Positions 57,075-64,000 of a stretch of DNA of 64,000 bases are shown here, piece by piece (the stretch's first letter is position 1; each line of letters begins with the position of its first letter). The notes below the pieces were generated by a model, which saw nothing but the letters and a program-made list of their open reading frames with translations, was not told the origin of the DNA and did not search any database. The stretch is from assembly GCA_964016885.1 (NCBI GenBank), contig OZ024740.1:147188001-147252000 (forward strand), read 5' to 3'. The stretch comes from Eledone cirrhosa. Its lineage: Eukaryota. Both the position numbers and the translations under genes were made by a program.

Positions 57075-57530
57075 TAACAGATTAAAGTTTAAGCAAAGAA
57101 TCGCTGCTTTCACCCTTAACGGGATCTTCTGAAACTAAAAAAAAAGCAATTTGTGAACGCAGAAGTAAATATTTCGAAAAATGTTACACACTATATATAT
57201 ATGTATACACACACTATATATACATATACACACACACACAGATAGTGTATAATGTCGTAATGCAGACAGCCACACATACAAACAGATATTATAAGGGCGC
57301 GACATCATAGCTATGTATCTATCTAAAAAGACAGACTAAGAATTATAGAGAGATCGCTAAACGGCGCCTAATGAGGTTCCTATGGCATTGAAAATTTGAA
57401 ATATTTTTTTGCTCAAAACACTCACACGACCATAAGTATTACATGTGTAAAGTTTGAAAACAATTGATTGGGTGGTTCTCGAGTTTTGGGGAGTCAGACA
57501 GACAGACATTCTCTGTTTTAGATATATAGA
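56729..57530 (-). mobile_element. Non-autonomous Helitron
   Basis: Minus strand A|TCTATATATC... to hairpin cccgagcaacgccggg and CTAG|T. Confidence 0.75.
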
Positions 57531-58376
57531 TGACTAGTCTCGAAGACCCTGTTCAATCGGCCGTCCTCCTCAGAAACACTAAAGTGTCGATTTTTCCAAA
57601 CAGGCACGGATTTGATCTATCCTATTGCCTTTTGGAATGACTGGGAGAGTTTATCTAAGATCTCCTGATAGGACCACAGTGACTCCACCCATTAGCAGGT
57701 TATTGTTTCTGATGTCCAAGGCATCATTGTATACTCTTCCCATACTATCATTTGATACCCGCGGAGAACTTCAGCTGTGTTTGAATTATTCGAAATATTG
57801 CAAATGCCATGGTTACGTTTATGTATGTCAAAAGCTTAAAAAATTGTTTATCGTTTTGCCTTGTTTTTGTTCGTTGTCTTATCCTCTCTTTATTAATTTT
57901 CTTAAGTTTATCAATACTAACGTGACGAACGTGTTATCTCTTCTCCCGCCATTAATTTCAATGGCTTGCATTTTTTTAACACGATATCTTACTTTCTTCT
58001 TCCTGCCTTTTTTTTCTTCGTTTTTTCCTTTGTTTCATTCACGAGACTCTCGTGCTATAAAATACCATACCTTTTCCCTGACATCACATAAAATCATATG
58101 TATACTGGTTATAGCTTAATTGCTATAAATTAATGTTTTGTCTCTCGTCTCTTTTTGGTTTGTGTCAGACTCTGTAACCCCGGGTTGACCAGCAATGCCG
58201 CTGGTTGGGGTTGAAACTGCCAAAGTCTATCTCAACGGACGATGATCCTGGAGTTCTGTCTTTTGTTTGAATTGTTATTTTTAATAAATAATTTTTAAGG
58301 TTTTACCTTAGAAAATGTTTTTTGTTTTGCCTTGTTTTCGTTTGTTGTTCTGCCCTCTCTTTGTTAATTTTCTTAA

Positions 58377-58449
<73 letters not shown>

Positions 58450-58469
58450 AAAAAATAAAAATAAATAAA

Positions 58470-58875
58470 CAGTAAAAAAAATCTTCCAGATTCACCAAAC
58501 TCTTCGTTTTACCGTTCGTGCATAGTATATGAAGATTTGTCGGTGTTTCCACTCGGGAAGAACCTGCATATAACTGTCCATGGGTAAAAAGCGATTCTCT
58601 TGTATTGAATTCTAAAACTTTGAAACTCTGAGCCCGAGTTTTATGTATGGTCATAGCAAAACTGGCTCTAACAGGGAACTGAAGTCTTGAAAATTTGAAT
58701 GGCAGCTCAGTATAGGAAGGGATAAGTGGAATCTTGGGAATAAATGTATTTTTTCCTTGATGATTTCTTCCAAGACTAGTGACATCTAGGAGATAGTTCA
58801 TCACCCCCCTGGTTGTAAAGTGTATGCCATTGCATACAAGTAGCACGTCCACGTTTCTCAAAAGGATGATGGAAG
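58470..58875 (-). pseudogene. Helitron Pif1-like helicase C-terminal fragment
   Basis: IPKIPLIPS..LPFKFSRLQFPVRASFAMTIHKT.AQS...FTHGQLYAGSSRV. Confidence 0.88.
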
Positions 58876-59316
58876 TTCAAATCTTTTATATTATATATAG
58901 ATATAGATATATAAATAATTGTATATAATTGTGTATGAGTGTATGCGGGCGCGCGTGTGTATATGTGTGTGTAAACAAGTGTCCGAATTGTGTGTTTAAT
59001 TTTCTGTGTATCTGATTAAGTATTTACGTGAAGATGTGTATGTAACTTACTAAGGCATGACGTACGTAACGAACGCTCAAAAACACACACACTCACAGAC
59101 ACATACACACTCATACATAGAATGTGACGTCGACGTGTTATAAAATATTCGTTTACTTGTCTATAATAGATTATTTTAGATAAAGTGTTATATTGTTTCA
59201 ATCCAAATGAAAATAAAAATTATATGTTGCCACTCCCGGGGTCTAACAATTTAATTTGATTTGGTCGAGCTGTTCGGAAATGCATAAAGAAAAGACATAC
59301 ATACAGAGTGACAAAG

Positions 59317-59433
<117 letters not shown>

Positions 59434-59858
59434 GTGAGAGAGAGAATATTGAGAAGTGACACACGAGTTGATATATATAATAGTAAAAAAGAAAAAACGG
59501 TAAAAAAAGCTAATGAGATTTTCTCATAGAATAACAGCAAAACAGTTATTTACAAAAAAAAAAAAGAAAAGGAATTTATCGTTCCGGTTTCAGCTACGTG
59601 GGCTTCTTCATGCTACGGAAGTTTATAATAACATTTATAATGGAGTTAAGTTGTATATTGATAAGAATATGGTATAAAATAACATGGTTTACATATATAT
59701 AGAAGAGATCACATTTTTGTTTATCGCTTTCTCTCTTTCTCTCCTTGGTGGTGTTGACTATAACTGCACCAGAGGAGTGTTAACTCGTTCTATGTTCTTG
59801 GTGTAGTGGTAGTAGTAGGGGGAGAAGGGGAATCAGAAGTTTGGACTAACTGCTCTAT

Positions 59859-59909
<51 letters not shown>

Positions 59910-60060
59910 GATAAATCTACCAAAATGTACGGTAGTGTCCAATCCGTATGAAGAACTCAATGTAATCCAAATATCATGAAAAGAGAAGATGTATTCAAAA
60001 AATATAATTATTATGTATTCAAAATCTAGATGTATTCAAAATCTATAATTATTAATTATT

Positions 60061-60462
60061 TCAGCAAATTGCCCATTAAAAGGAAATTGCCTTATTAATA
60101 ACATAATATATAAATGTAAAATTCACACTAAGGACTCAACTTATTCATATATAGGAGCTACTTCTAACCAATTTAAAGTAAGATTTAATACCCACAAACA
60201 TAGTTTTAAAAATGCCGCATTAGCTAATACAACATCCTTAGCTGAAATAATTAATAATTATAGAAAAAGGAATATAGATTATAACCTGACCTGGAGTGTG
60301 CTCAAAAGGGCCACCCCTTATCAAAATAATAGATATGAATGTTCCCAGGAACTTTTTGAAATAATGAAATCTAAGGATATCCTATTAAATAAGCGACAGG
60401 AATTAATTATATCATGTAATCATAAAATGAGAAGAACTTTTAAATATTATAAACCTAATTAA
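60061..60462 (+). pseudogene. Nematis-type GIY-YIG domain absent from the ORF track
   Basis: Manual translation: ANCPLKGNCLINNIIYKCKIHTKDSTYSYIGATSNQFKVRFNTHKHSF...LLNKRQELIISCNHK...YKPN*. Confidence 0.88.
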
Positions 60463-61238
60463 TATAAACTTTACAAATTATTATAATAACACTTTTTTTA
60501 ATATTCTACTACTAATGAACTGCATAATTTTATTTCCCTTTTACAGCTATCTTTTCCTAAATTTTATACCAATAAGTATACATATAAACTATTTTAATTT
60601 CAGGTTATGAATCTATATTCCTTATAATCGATATAAATTTGTTATTTCTCACTACAGATCCCCCCCCCCCCAATAATAATAATTATTATTTTTTTATTTT
60701 TTTATTTTTTTATTTTTTTATTTTTTTATTTTTTTATTTTTTTATTTTTTTATTTTTTTATTTTCCCTTCGTTTTTAACAGCATTCTTCAATTACATCTA
60801 ACTCTTATTTATCATATCTATATGAATTAATATAAATTTATCAATATAAATATACCTATCAATTTAATTAATTTATTTTCTTTTTATAGATGTAAAGTCC
60901 TTATGTTTTAAATAAGATTGATATTTTTCACTAACACATTTATCGTAAAATTTTATTCTCCTTAGATATTTACATTAGCATTATTCTTTTATAACATCAA
61001 ATTTTCGTGTACCTTTTACTGACTTGACCTATTTTCATCCCCAAAATAATCTTTTCATTCAATATACTCTTTCCATTCAAAACTGAAATCTGCTTTCCTC
61101 TACCCCTAAATTAAAGTTCCATTACTACTATTCTACCATCTTGACCACTTACTACCTTTCTATTGGTCAATTCAAAACCTGTTACCAAAAAGACCTATTA
61201 TATTAAATCTTTGTTGGTTTATTTCAATAAACAAATAT

Positions 61239-61374
61239 CATTATTTCTGAAGACAGCATATATATGTGTAGGTATGTATATTCCCTCTGATAGTTTGTAA
61301 AAATTTTACATAGATCTATATGATATACATACCAACACACACATATATATCCTAGAAACGATCGTAAAATGATG
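61239..61374 (+). ncRNA. Type I hammerhead with about 100-nt extended stem II; copies at 28811-28945 and 36205-36340 (-)
   Basis: CATTATTT-CTGAAGA-[atatatatgtgt..ggtatgtata...tatacatacc..acacatatatat]-GAAA-CGATCG-TA-AAATGATG. Confidence 0.82.
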
Positions 61375-61426
61375 AATTTTTTAATATAAGGAACTGTTTC
61401 TTTGTTTTTATTCATTATTTTTATTA

Positions 61427-61483
<57 letters not shown>

Positions 61484-61904
61484 CATACATACATACATAG
61501 TGGCTGCCAACTCGTTTTCGAGTATGGCCACTACTTTATATGCATGTAGGAGAACCCCTACCGATGCGCTGAACGAGTGTGACTTTTTAGTCCAGCCAGC
61601 GACTTGAAAACTATGGTACAAACACTACACTTGTGACAATTATTGACACATAGTGCTGGGCCCATGGTACCATGTGACGACAAGTGCAGAGAGATCTCCA
61701 GATATAAAGCAATGCCTGTGCCGTGAAGCTTTTATAGTGAGCAAAGGCACTGCACAAAGCCAGTCCCACTCTCTTAACCAAGATGATATTTACCAAAAAG
61801 AAGAACAAGTCAACATCATTGGATACCATCAGGGTTGCAGGTCTTATATCAGAGTTTTCCTTCTCCTAGAATTCTGCCTTGACAAAGGCTAAGTGGTCAT
61901 CTCT

Positions 61905-63319
<1,415 letters not shown>

Positions 63320-63355
63320 TATATATAAAATAGAGAGAAATATTATATATATATA

Positions 63356-63451
<96 letters not shown>

Positions 63452-64000
63452 AACATACAGATCGATGTAGGGGAGATATTAAGTGATGTCGTCTGCTGAG
63501 TTAACGGTGAAAATTTATATGGATTGACGATTTCTCCTACATTCGTTCTTTTTCATTAGTAGTGTCTCATGATAGAATGGTGTTGATGTTTCTTAAGATG
63601 ATTTTACTTAAATATTTTGTTCAATGTATTTTTAGCTGGTAGAGCGACCAAGAAGTCATTTGTCATTGTGTGGCAATTGTTTTAACCGATTAGAGTAACT
63701 ATCAACGGGAAATAATTCCTTCTGTCCCGCTTCTTATGTATCAAGATTTACTTCCCTTTAATTTGTTTTAACTAAGATTTTGTGTATTTGGTTGACTTAT
63801 TTTTTAATATTTAATGACCCCGGAATAAAAAAAAAACCATACGCTGATATATAGAAAACACTCCCCGATGACTAATCTATGAGCCTGTAAAGTTTCATGA
63901 AAATCGGTCGTAAGGTGTAGGCCCCTATAGGTAATACACAGACACACACACACATACTTAATTTTATATATATACAGATATCACCAATCACAAATCTCTG

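Larger units (their letters stand above)
59905..61430 (+). mobile_element. Nematis-type PLE family D, 3' part with inverted tail at its 5' junction
   Basis: 59907-60001 matches 28624-28716 (tail, opposite to element sense); EN remnant, AT-rich UTR, hammerhead, TA flanks. Confidence 0.85.

Overview
Eukaryotic, very AT-rich, gene-free repeat region with many (TA)n/(CA)n/(GA)n microsatellites; SINE and RTE types look molluscan, probably cephalopod (inference). No host gene is supported, and most short ORFs in the track are microsatellite or antisense noise. The window holds at least five Penelope-like element (PLE) families, nearly all inserted in (TA)n with tandem or inverted pseudo-LTRs, plus RTE and CR1/L2 LINE remnants, tRNA-derived SINEs and Helitron pieces. 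Highlights: (1) a young 11-kb inverted+tandem Neptune-type PLE whose 449-aa ORF1 overlaps the RT/GIY-YIG frame at an in-phase U_UUU_UUA heptamer, suggesting a programmed -1 frameshift; (2) about ten families of type I hammerhead ribozymes read by eye, most with palindromic stem III; (3) three non-coding tandem arrays (about 420, 467 and 535-560 bp) with one hammerhead per unit (retrozyme-like), two sharing an ATGCAAAT octamer; (4) a 3.6-kb x3.1 tandem duplication bracketed by inverted PLE-type ends. Boundaries were read by eye and are approximate.
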